This document shows positions 49,111 to 60,376 of a DNA stretch of 64,000 bases, one piece after another. Position 1 is the stretch's first letter; every line of letters begins with the position of its first letter. Made by a program: the position numbers and the translations under genes. This DNA is from Vitrella brassicaformis CCMP3155 (Eukaryota; Protista; Chromerida). A model generated the notes under the pieces. The model did not search any database. It was not told the DNA's origin and saw only the letters and a list, made by a program, of their open reading frames with translations. Where the stretch lies: positions 8,505-72,504 of the forward strand of contig CDMY01000458.1 of assembly GCA_001179505.1 (NCBI GenBank), written 5' to 3'.

Positions 49111-49346
49111 GCGAGTTCGGCATTGCCTGCGTCAAGTCGCTGCTCAAGCTCCGTGGCATCAAGGAGCTCAAGTTCCAGCCGCGGCCCAACGATGCCTTCA
49201 AGCGGCTGGTGGAGAAGCGGACTGATGGCGACACCATCGATGGGCTTGAGGGGCGGTATGACATCAGCTGGACGGACGAGGAGGAAGATGAGGAAGATGC
49301 GCTCACTCTCAAACCACTCGACGCTTTCGGGTGGTGGGATGGATGA
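49101..49346 (+). pseudogene. Isolated C-terminal fragment of a probable multi-copy lineage-specific protein family
   Basis: Frame NAAGEFGIACVKSLLKLRGIKELKFQPRPNDAFKRLVEKRTDGDTIDGLEGRYDISW is preceded directly by TGA. It resembles a recurrent Vitrella hypothetical-protein C-terminus from memory (unverified). Confidence 0.4.
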
Positions 49347-51589
49347 AGTGGGTGGGTGGGTGGGTGGGAGGGTGAATGGACTGAATCGCTGCCTCTCTTT
49401 ATCTCTCTGCGTGCGTGTGCGTGCCTGTGTGTGTGTGAGCTTCCTGGCGGGATGGCGGGATGGCTGGATGTGTGCGTGTGTGCGCGGCTGGATGGACGGA
49501 TGGATGGATGGATGAAGTGGGTGGGGGGAAGGGCACTCGCAGCCTCTCCATATCTCACTGTATGCCTGTGTGTGTGTGTGNNNNNNNNNNNNNNNNNNNN
49601 NNNNNNNNNNNNNNNNNNNNNNNNNNNNNNNNNNNNNNNNNNNNNNNNNNNNNNNNNNNNNNNNNNNNNNNNNNNNNNNNNNNNNNNNNNNNNNNNNNNN
49701 NNNNNNNNNNNNNNNNNNNNNNNNNNNNNNNNNNNNNNNNNNNNNNNNNNNNNNNNNNNNNNNNNNNNNNNNNNNNNNNNNNNNNNNNNNNNNNNNNNNN
49801 NNNNNNNNNNNNNNNNNNNNNNNNNNNNNNNNNNNNNNNNNNNNNNNNNNNNNNNNNNNNNNNNNNNNNNNNNNNNNNNNGGGGGGGGAAGCCATCCTGA
49901 CTGGCGGGATGGATGATGAAGTGGCAAAGGTGGGAAAGGTGGGTATCGCCAAGTGTGACCCTCGCACAGCTGCCCTTATATGACAGGAGGCAATATGGCC
50001 AGGAAGGTGCAGGTGGGTCGCGTCAAATAGACGTGTGGCCGAGCAACAGAGTAAGGTGTAGGTGTAAACCGCAAAGGTAAAGTGTAATTAGATATGAATT
50101 CGCAAAGTAACTCTCTAGGATGGTCTTTTTTGTTCCACGCGCAGTGTTGTGTTATGGCTGCATGAGCTGGATGTGTGCACCGTTTTTGGGTGGGTGGGTG
50201 AATGGACTGACTCGCTGCGTCTCTGCGTGCCTCTCTGTATGCCTGTGTGTGTGGGCTGCATCCCGGGATCGGTTCGACACTGGCTGCCTGGCTGTTTGTC
50301 TGTCTGTCTGTCTGTCTGTGTGGGTGCCATTCCTTCGGTCAAGCCATGCCCCAGCCAGCCAGCCAGCCAGTCAGCCAGCTGCTTGTTGACATGTGCAGAT
50401 AGGTCAGGTTTTCGCAGGCAGAACGTCCCACCGCTCACATGCATTGCAAACTCTCGTGTGGAGTGAGTTGATTGCAGTTGGTCGGTACTCTGAAATTGGG
50501 CAAGGTCATTGGTTGAACGACACACGGCCTACGCCAAGGAGGCAGGCAGGCAGGCAGGAAGCACACAGTCATGGCGTGACGTACACGCAGAAGATGAAAA
50601 TGTCCACCTCTCCGTCAGTCCGTCACACTCATCGCATTCTCTCCCACAAACCAAAGGCCCTCGCAGTCACCTCAACAGCCTCTCCGATATAAAACGTAGG
50701 CAGCGATGTGAGATCATGCCAATGCACAGACCGCACAAACCACTTCCCACTGCCTTTTCCGGCCCCTCTCTCGCGTCATTGACCGATCAAATCTCATGCT
50801 CAGCCGCCCGACAACAATCAGCACCAGGAGAGGAGAGGACGACAGATATAAAATGAAGGCAGCGATCAAATCTGCATACAGACAGAGAGACACCTGCCTG
50901 CCCACCCTTTCTCCCGTCTCTGCTGAGGCCCCACGCCCAAGCCGAGAGGGCCCCACCCCCAAGCCATTCCTCCATGTGTGTGTGGCGCGCAGTCTTGTGT
51001 GTGTGTGGCCAGCAGTCTGCTAGCAAGAGGAAACAAACTGGGTGAGTAGATAGAGTGCCAAAGACGTCACGTTACAGACAGCAACAGGTGATGAACCATG
51101 CACCCTCGCAGCAAAGGACACGCCGAGAGAGAGGGGCCCACCTTCCACCCCCACCCGCAGCATCCATCCATCCATCAATGCCTGCCTCCCTCCCTCCATC
51201 GTCCCCCTATCCATCTGTCTATCTACCGTGTGTTGGTGTTGTGTCTGTGGTGCGGTGCCTCAGTGGTGGTGGCGGTCCCGGATCCTTTGGCGCCAGTGCT
51301 CCGCGGAGGAGCGATCCGTGCGGTTCTCGACGGCTGAGCAACCACACACAACAGACACATTAGTAAAAGACACATGGGTTTGTATGGATGCGTTCATTCG
51401 TGCAAAGAAAATGTACTCATTCATTCATTCATTCATTCATATGTGTGCTTACACGGGTGCTGGTCACGGGTGTTGGTGTTGGTGTCCGTGCGGTAGGTGG
51501 GCGTGGGACTGGGTCGCGCATCTGATGAACGGATGAACGGCAAACACACACACACAGTACAAACAGTCCATACATCGCTGTTTCCCTTC

Positions 51590-52866
51590 CCTTGTCCCTT
51601 TCTCTCCGTTGCTTTGCTTACACGGCCTGAACCGGTTCTCCGTCCTCATGCTCCGTACCACCTGCACATGGCGGTGGCGCTGGCGGCGGCTGGCGGGCTG
51701 TGTGCTCTGCGGTGCCGGTGGTGCGGACCATGCGTTGTGGGTGGGAGGGGGGGCGCGCGGAGGGGCGGGGGGGCCGGCGGGGTCGTCGACAACCACCACA
51801 ACGGGCAGGGTGAGGGGGCGACGGAGCTGCGAGGCCCTGGCGTAGGGGTTGGTGCGCACGGATACCCCATTTATGAGGAGGTCTAGGGGAGTGAGGCGGC
51901 GCGACATTGCTTCTGCGAAGGCCTGCGAACACACACACACACACACACACACACATGGCAGAGAGAGCACATGGTATGCCGTGAATGTCTGTCTGCTCGG
52001 TCTGTGGGGTGGGTGAGTGGGTGCATCTGGCGGCCTGGCTGCCTGGCTGCACTCACTGCATACGCACATCCAACGAATCGGATGCATTCCATTCCATTCC
52101 CCTCCCTCATGGCTTACTATCTCAATCAAGTCGTCGGTACGCATGGAGCCATCCAGCGCGATGTGCATTGTGCGGCCGAGAAACCCCCCCAGCGGTCGTG
52201 TCCGACTCCCCGGCTCGTCATTCGGGACCTCTACACCTACGGGCTGCTGAATGGGGCTCGCGCCGGTCCCAATGTAGTTATTGTACTCCATTGCAGAGCT
52301 CACCAGAGGGCGGGCGGGGAGCATTCCCGACTGCAGAAACAACACAACAGCAGAAACAACACAACAGCAACACACATTCAACGAACGTGTGCTCTCTTCC
52401 CCTCACCTTTGGAAAGGACGCATAGGAGTTTCAAGAGTGTGTCGAGCAGCCATTTGCAGGTCTCGGGGCAGATCTGGCCACTCCAGCAGACCGGAATGGT
52501 GATGATGAAAGCGATGATCGCAATCACCGCGACGTAGAACATGAAACACCAGAAGGCCTTCTTCGAATCCGTTCTGCACTGCTCACTGCAGCAGTATTGG
52601 CACGCACCGGTGCTGCGGCGTTTGCAGGTGCTGCAGCACCGGCGACAACCTGAAACAAACAAGAGGCGATCTTCTGCCTCAATCATTCTGGTTCCCCCCT
52701 TATTTCCATGCTCACTGGAGGCGATTCTGACATTGATGGGACGTGTGCGATCCGTGCCTTCGTCGCCACGAAACACCTCCGCCGGCTGAGCCTCAGGAGC
52801 AAAAGTCCGATTGCCCGACGCGCCGAGCTCAAATTCAGTGTGCAGCCGTCGCTGCAAGGCCCTCAT
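51590..52866 (-). CDS. Cys-rich single-pass membrane protein of unknown function (multi-exon)
   Basis: GCRRCCSTC..CQYCC, then TM AFWCFMFYVAVIAIIAFIITIPVCW, then further exons ending in a Pro-rich tail. Confidence 0.5.
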
Positions 52867-53012
52867 GGTCGCTGGGTCGCTGACGGACAGAAGGTTCGGG
52901 CGGCCCCGCCTGCGATAGAAAAGTCACCTGAAGAGATTTATCCATCGAGATAGGCGATTCAACCAAAACAGTCGCCCAGCCCACCTGAGCAGCAAATGGC
53001 AGTCTCTGAGAC

Positions 53013-53362
53013 ATCATCAGGAACTGGATGTCCTCGAGTGGCTATGATCCGTGCAGCATGGGCGTTGGTGCACTTCATTGCCACCGCCGGCGCATTTATC
53101 TTCCTGCTGGTCGGCTTCTTGGACACGATTGCCGTCTCCAGTCCTTGAGTTGCGACAGGTACTGGACGTCCTCGAGTCGCCATGACCCGTGCCTCATGGG
53201 CCTCGGTGCCTTTCATCGCCACTGACACCTTCGACGTCACCTTCTCCTCCTTGCTGGTGGCCTTGTGCGCAGCGGCCGCCTGCCTCTGCGCTATCCTGGC
53301 TTCCCTCCAGGAGGCCCGCAGCCGGCCGATAACGACGCTGGTGTTGTCATCCTCCGATTCGC
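53013..53362 (-). pseudogene. Paralog of the 20659-21390 basic repeat gene (family member 2, partial)
   Basis: Near-identical stretches such as tcatcaggaactggatgtcctcgagtggctatga occur in both; encodes AHEARVMATRGRPVP..AHAARIIATRGHPVP. Confidence 0.7.
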
Positions 53363-53699
53363 CTTACAACAGGTATAAAACGGCATGGCGTGTCTGTGCT
53401 TATTTTACCTGCTTGTCGTCTGTCGTACAACAGATAATTGCGGACATCTTCAAAGGCGCGAGCGCGTGGCGGCACTGAAATTCAACTTGCTTACGCAATT
53501 TGAATCCCTCGGGCTGAATCACAAACAGCGGCAAGTGCGCACGGAAGTGAGATGGGTTTCTCTTGTGCATTTCTCCTTGTTGCTCCTCAGTTGAGTTGAT
53601 ATCAATTGCGGCCCTGGCAGACACACGACAGACATCAGTTGAGTGTGTGTGCAGTTGATCATGGCGCAATGGATGGGTGGATGGATGGATGGCTGGTGC

Positions 53700-55500
53700 A
53701 GTGTCCTCACTTGTAAATCAGGTCGATGAGCAGGTCACTGTCGAACAAGTGGCGGTGCGCCCTGCGCACCATGTCGGCAAACTGGTCAAACGTCTTCCTG
53801 CCAACCTGAAGCAACTGATCCATTCATCCATCCATGAGACGCAGAGAAACAAGGAGAGAGATGCGCCTGGGATATGAAAACAGAGAAACAAGGGGAAACG
53901 AGGTTCTTCATATCCTGGGCGGGTGGCGTGCCCAGGTCTGCCTCTGCACGAGTCGACCGGGGACACATACACACGAAGATGTATGCATTGCTGGATGCAG
54001 ATGGGCATCGCGTATGTGTGTTCATTGCCACGCTGCCATGCTGACGTACATCGAAGGGACGGCGGCCTGTGTACACATGACACAATACTATAGAGGTGCA
54101 TTTGAAAACTTTGTGTGTCTCATCGCTCTCTCAGCCTCTGTCTAGGTGTGCTGCGTACCTACGTGTGGCCCAGATCTCGGTGGCGGACCCGATTCCCTTC
54201 GACGTGTCCAAGTGGGCTTCTGAGCTCCGATAGCCCTGTGTGTCTCTTCTGAGCTTAGGGCTGTGTAAGACATACACACACAGAGAGATTGGCTTTGATT
54301 GAATCGAGGAACGAAGGTGAGCAGTGATGTATGTAGATAGATGCACGTATAGGTAGGTGTACTTACGGTGTTGGCCGTCGTCCGGCTGCTTCAAACTCGT
54401 GTGACTGGCCAAAGTCGTACAACTTCAACACCTTTCTGAAGAAAGAAAAGAATCTTCAATCAAGGAAGACATGCAGCACCCACCGACAATGAGGGAGGGA
54501 ATATGCCTTGGCTATATGTGTCCCTCCCTCCCCCCCTCCCTCCCTGGCTCCATACCAAGTCTCTGAATATACATACCTGCCATTCCTGCCCTGCATCAGT
54601 ATGTTCTCGGGCTTCACGTCACGGTGGGCCACGTTCTTCATATGCGCCAGCCCCTGCAATATCTGCACACACACACACACACACACACGCCATGGATTGG
54701 TGTTGGTTGCCACCCAGCTAGTAGCAGGCACCCAGGCAGCGTGCGCGTGTGTGTACTTGGAATGTAAAACGCTTGACCGTGCGACACCCCTTCACAGCGT
54801 CCCCCGCTTCACGTGCTCGTATGACAGATACATGCGCTTGTTGGCGTTGTCCAGCCATGAGCCGTGCATCTTCGTCAGGTTCGGGTGGTTGAACTTGTCA
54901 GAAATAGCCTGTATACACAGACATACGCAGGCTATGATTGAATTCTCATGCGTCTTTGCATGAATTACCATCTCTTTCTTCCGTTCCTCGAGCAATCCGG
55001 CGCCCTGACGGCCCGAAAAACGCCATCCAGCATCGCGAACCAAATTGGTCTTCTTCCCTCCGCAAGAGCCGTCGCCGACAATGCTGAGAATCTTCGTGAC
55101 TTCGTATCGCAAACAGGCTCGGGCCTTTGGCCGGCGAGCCACAGCGTACATCAAAGCCGAGACCCATTCTGACAGCCGCCGCAACACGATGGTCGCCGTT
55201 CTTTGGATGAGCGAGGCAACGGAAGCAAGCGCTGCGATCGTCAGGGAGAGAAACACCCACCGTGCAGACGATTCGGGCCAGAAGAAAGTTGAGAGATAGG
55301 ACGGCGGCGGAAAAATAGTTTTCGTCTCTGTCTCGTAAATTTTCTCGCCGTCACAAGCACGCCGTCCGCTGGACCCGATGTCCAGCGGCGGGACATCCGA
55401 TTGACTCCCTCTGGACCCACATGCATTGCGCCTGAAACACGCGCACGCGCACAGGAGGCCGAGGACGCATGCATGCGACCGTTGGAGCCGTTGCGATGGG
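53700..55500 (-). CDS. Divergent protein kinase with N-terminal transmembrane segment
   Basis: FNHPNLTKMHGSW, LQGLAHMKNVAHRDVKPENIL, VLKLYDFG (exon about 54367-54437), GYRSSE and EIW in place of APE and DxW, GRRPF; upstream TM WVFLSLTIAALASVASLI. Ends approximate. Confidence 0.75.
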
Positions 55501-55603
55501 GGCAGGCCCCCGCGTCTCGTCCGCCGGCAGCGCTCTGTAGCACCTGCTGACGCTGTGCAGCACTCCGTTTCGACGCTTGAAACGCTTGTTGTGGAAAGAG
55601 AGG

Positions 55604-58600
55604 ATGCAACAATACGGCTGGAAGAGGCTGCAGCGCGAGGGAGGATTTGAAATGGCAGCCCGAGCGGGGCACACTTTGACTGCAGTAGGGGGGGGTTACT
55701 TCCTCCTCTTCGGAGGAATGACCGAGGACGAGACAACCAATGAGACATTTCTGCTCCGCGTCACTGGAAGTGAGCCAGCCAGCCAGCACACGAGAAGCTC
55801 GGATGATCCGGTGACAATTTCTTTGTGCATTCGGCAGACAAATATGCATGGGGGCTGGTGCACATCGACGACAAACCCTGCCCGAGAGGATTCCACACTG
55901 CAAACACATTCGTGTCTGGCGGGAGAGAGAAGATCTTCTTTTTCGGCGGCTCGTGGGTTACGAAAGGCGGGACGAGGGAGATGTTCAACGACGGGCACAT
56001 CTTCGACCTGACAGGTGTGGAGATACACAACAGGCACACGCACATCGAATGCACATCTCCCTCCCCCCTCCCCGCGCTACTCCCCCTTCCAGCTCAAACC
56101 CTCAAATTTGAGCAGATCGTATGGAACTACGGTGGGAGTCATCGACTTGCGAAACAAAGACTGACTTTCCGCTCTCCTGCAGATCAGAGAGTGCCGGAGC
56201 CAAGATGCAAGCATACTGTCACACTCTGGTGCCCCTCCGACGCCTCAGCTGCGAAGCTCGTACTGTTTGGGGGTAGGCAGAGTTTCTCACGAAAGAGCCC
56301 CTTATGCGTATGTCTGACTGTGGACGCCTTAGGCATGAAGTCAATAAGTGATGTGTGCAACGAAGATGTGTTCATGCTGGTGAAGGACAAGAGGCGATGT
56401 CTTTTTGCAAATGAAATGCAATGTCTTCATGGCGTGACAGGACACATCAAACTTTATGTGGGAGAGACTATCGTGCACTGGACGCCCCCCCAGCGCCCCT
56501 TTGCTCGAGTAAAGAACACACACACGCCTTCAGAGTCATGCAATGACAGGCGCATCTTGCCTTTGGTGCCATTCAGGGGAACACATTTGGCGATCATCCA
56601 CAAAGACACCTTCTTTGTCTACCACTGTACGTCCCAAGCACGCCTTGTCATCATCGTTTATCACCGTCTGTTCATGCTGGCAGCGGATCGGACCGCCGAC
56701 CTTTGTCGCATGTTTGCTCTCAGTCTGCCACAGAGAACCTGGCAAGACTACTGCACAGTGCACAAGCAAGATCAATCTCTTATCGTCTTGCTGTGGCTGT
56801 GTGTCTTGCAGGGCTGCGGTTGACGTCAGCTGGGGGGCATCATTGCCGCGAAGCAATATGTCTTTCAGCGTGATTCCAAGCGCCAAGGGCCCAGTCATCT
56901 TGGCATTCGGAGGAGCGACAAGTAAAAGGGCAAATACACACAGGGGAAACCCATCTCAACTCCATTCGCACTTCTCACTGTCTGTGATTCAGCCCAAGGG
57001 ATCTCAACTAGTGTTCGAATACTCGAATTGCGTAACCAAATTGAGTGCAGCCACGCGCCCACACCTTTTTCGAATGTCAGCAACTATCTGTTGTACGACA
57101 GACGAGGACCTGCTGAAATGGCAGTATACCTGGCAGGCAAGCAAGGACGCGCCACGCCGATTGTATGCTGGCCATGCTGTCTTCCGAGAGCAAGAGAGAT
57201 TGGTTACATACGGGGGCTGGTCAGCGTTTATGGGAGAGGAATGAGTGGTCTACCATCTTGAACCATATGTCTCTGTCCTCTTTCAGCGGCGCTGAGGGGT
57301 TTGAGGAGGAAGTGTGGATGTTTTGCCCATCCCAGCACCCACTGCCATCAACCCTCTGGCAGAGAAAAACCGCCTTTGATGAGTACTACACGGAGCTGAG
57401 AGACCTACAGGTACGGATAACTGGGCAGCCGAGGGCTTCCATTTGGCCCCGTCTTCCTTTCTGCAGGCAGAGTTGACGTTGGCTGACTTCTTCATGCATA
57501 AAACACCGCCCGCCAGAGCAAGATTAGAGCTGAGTAGGTATCAGTCTCTCGTGGATAAGTACGACAAGAGACTAGAGGTATGAGATCGCAGACGGAGAGA
57601 CACACGCGCGCGAGGCCAAATATGTCTGCGTTGTCTTGCAGGAATTGGCGTTCCTATCGCGAGAGAGCTTGTACCAGGAGATCGTAGAGTCGGGTCAAAG
57701 CAAGCTGCAGATGGTACATCCAATCATCCATCTGCTACTCAGTCAGCTCACACATGTCCCCTGTATGTGTGCGTGACGAGCAGATGCGCAGCGACCTGGA
57801 AGAGTTGACAAAGTTCTGGGAGCTGATTGAGATAGCAAACGAGCACTACCAGCAGTTTCTGACACAACGATACGGTGCGCCATTCCTATTTCCTCAAGTG
57901 ACGCCTCACGGGTGTGAATGTGTGCATGTGTGTCTGCATCTTGCAGATCGTCAAGTTGCTGCGAGGATGTACAATTTTACGAGGCAGATGCAAGACAGTT
58001 TGGAGGCTTTGCGCATGGATTATTGGAATCCGCTTGTCCATGACTTGGAAGAAAACGAGAATTGGCTGTTTGTTTCTACATTGATGCACAAGATGAACTG
58101 GTCCGAATGGCGGTATTTTCACATGCAAATGCCGACGAGCCAGCTGGTGGAACCAATGATGTCCGTACGAGAAATCTTCAACATGAAGCTGTGGCAGTGG
58201 AAATACTCAGTAAGTCACATATTCAGCACTGACTTTGACTTTGTATCTCATGACTGTCTCATATATGTCGTGCACAGAGAGCTATCAGGCGGGCAAGTCT
58301 CGATATGAAGCGATCGGGCCACGTCCCACTCATCCGAGGCCCACAATACCGAGCGGTAGAGACTCGAGGGCAATGCAACGTGTCTGGTGTATCGACACAT
58401 GATGTCTCCTCACTTTTAGCAGCGCTACTTCACAGTGGCACACGTACAGCCGTCCATACACGATACGGTGCTCCTAGTAGGAGACGAGCGGGCTGCCCAT
58501 AATTGAGAACTCTTGTCACATTACAAGGCAAGAGAGAAATCGAAAGATATTGCACGATGTGTCTCTGTCGCCACATCACCTCTGGTTCTTATCACAGGTC

Positions 58601-59554
58601 TTAACAATAATAGACTGCACTAACAAACGGGTCGAGAACGCCTTCAAGCACGTCGCCGGTCTGAAGTACATTGATGTGGCTGGCGAAAGCGACGAGAAGG
58701 TAGGGTTGAGCACGACTTCCAGCGCATGTGTGCATTAGCTTGTGGTGTCATTCAGCCAATCATTGAAGAAGCTCTTATGGATCAGATAATGCATGAGATC
58801 CAAAGAGCGGAGTCGGGTGGCTTGCGTGTTCTCATTCATGGAGAGCAGGGCTCGTACAGACACTGGCGCCTTACGTGTGGGGTGATGATGAGACGGTAGG
58901 CTCTCGCGAATTTGTCAATGCAGGTAAGATACACGCTTTCTCGTCCCTTCGTGTATCGATCTCACTCAGTTATGGCTGGAGCTTGGACCGGACACTGCAG
59001 TTCTTCGAGAAGGTCCCCCACGTGCAAAAGTTCGTAGAGAAAAGGAAAGACGAGCTAGAGGCATACGAAATGACGCTAAGTAAGAAAGGAAAGGAGGAGA
59101 GACACGGTATCGCACCGTTGGTCTCTCTTTCTTCCCTCGGTCAGGCGCCATATCGCATCCTGTACACGCAGAGACATACGGTGTCATGGCCAACGATCCG
59201 GCGACTGGTACACGTATCCATAAAGTATTCATGAGTATGTCAGACGCATTCTCTTGCCTTTTGGTCTTTACAGCATTCGGCCAGGAGAATGTCCGCAAGG
59301 ACGCGCAACGGCCGCACACGAGCCGTCCTGCCGGTAGATGATGCGCACTTACGCTTGCGTGCGTGTTCTTGACGTGTTCTGTTGTCCTGTGCCTTTCCCG
59401 GCATGCAGCGATACCAAGATACATGCAAAAAACAAAATCCCAGATGATGCGCGAAAAGGATGGTGAGCAGAGGCGAGAAGAGATGCGACGGAGGAGATCG
59501 AAGCCTGATGCGAAGGATGCAAAAGGCAAAAAGCGCAAGCTGCCATTCAGATGA
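55604..59554 (+). CDS. Kelch-repeat protein with C-terminal STYX-like pseudo dual-specificity phosphatase (one gene assumed; contains an in-frame TGA)
   Basis: Kelch blades ARAGHTLTAVGGGYFLLFGG, PRGFHTA..IFFFGG, PRCKHTV..LVLFGG, YAGHAV..LVTYGG. Spliced DSP-like part VLTIIDCTN..RVLIHGEQGSYR..MMRRYGWSLDRTLQFF..LEAYEMTL. Confidence 0.7.
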
Positions 59555-60376
59555 CGCTATCCACGAGAATGGATACAGACAGATTATCTTCGTGTGTTGC
59601 TCAAACACTTACCTCTGAATGTCTCCTTGAAGTCAGAGGTGCTGTGTCAGTGTGTCTGTCCTACTGTATCTGTCTGTCTGTCTGTCTCCCTCCATCCGTC
59701 TCCTCGTGTCGGTGCACACGGCTAGCCGACCAAGGGCTTACACAACTCATCCAGACAAACTCATCCAGACGACGCTAGACAGACAGACATGCAGACAGAG
59801 AGACCAAAGATAGACACATATTGTCAAGAAGAAAAGAAGACCACTGCACGTACGCGGGTGTTGTCACACCTGTAGAGGAGACGGGCCCAATTTCTTCCGC
59901 AAACACAGATGGGAGCATGTGTAGACTTAAGAGCACGACATTCAGTCAAAGTCTGTCTTACACCACCACACTGGTCCGCAGACTCATACGCACAACATGA
60001 TGGACACTCTCCTGCTCACTGCCTGCCTGCAATCGCTCCCCGGCCCCCGTAGTCAGAAAAGGCCTTGCCCTGAGGAACGGCCTTGTGAAAAGGCTGCATA
60101 TGCGCATACAGACACAGGAGCATTGGAAAAGCAACACATGTCTCTCGTTGTGTCCTCCCTGACTCACAGCTCGGATCTTGGGCAGATGGGAGTAGTCTTC
60201 CCGGAATTGAATGGGGCTGATGGACGAAAGATGGACGAAAGAAAAACAAGAAAGTTGATGCAAGCTTGGTTTCGTCCCTCAAATGCGTATTTTTACGGTC
60301 TTGTTCCTCCTGCGGCTGCCAGCACACTGCAGAGAAAGAAACAGGTGGACAGACACATGCTGCGTTTCTCTCTCCC

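Noticed and set aside
49371-50220. Short similar segments (ggtgaatggactga.tcgctgc) on both sides of the gap
   Set aside because: Embedded in microsatellite sequence next to a gap; probably a low-complexity repeat or assembly overlap.
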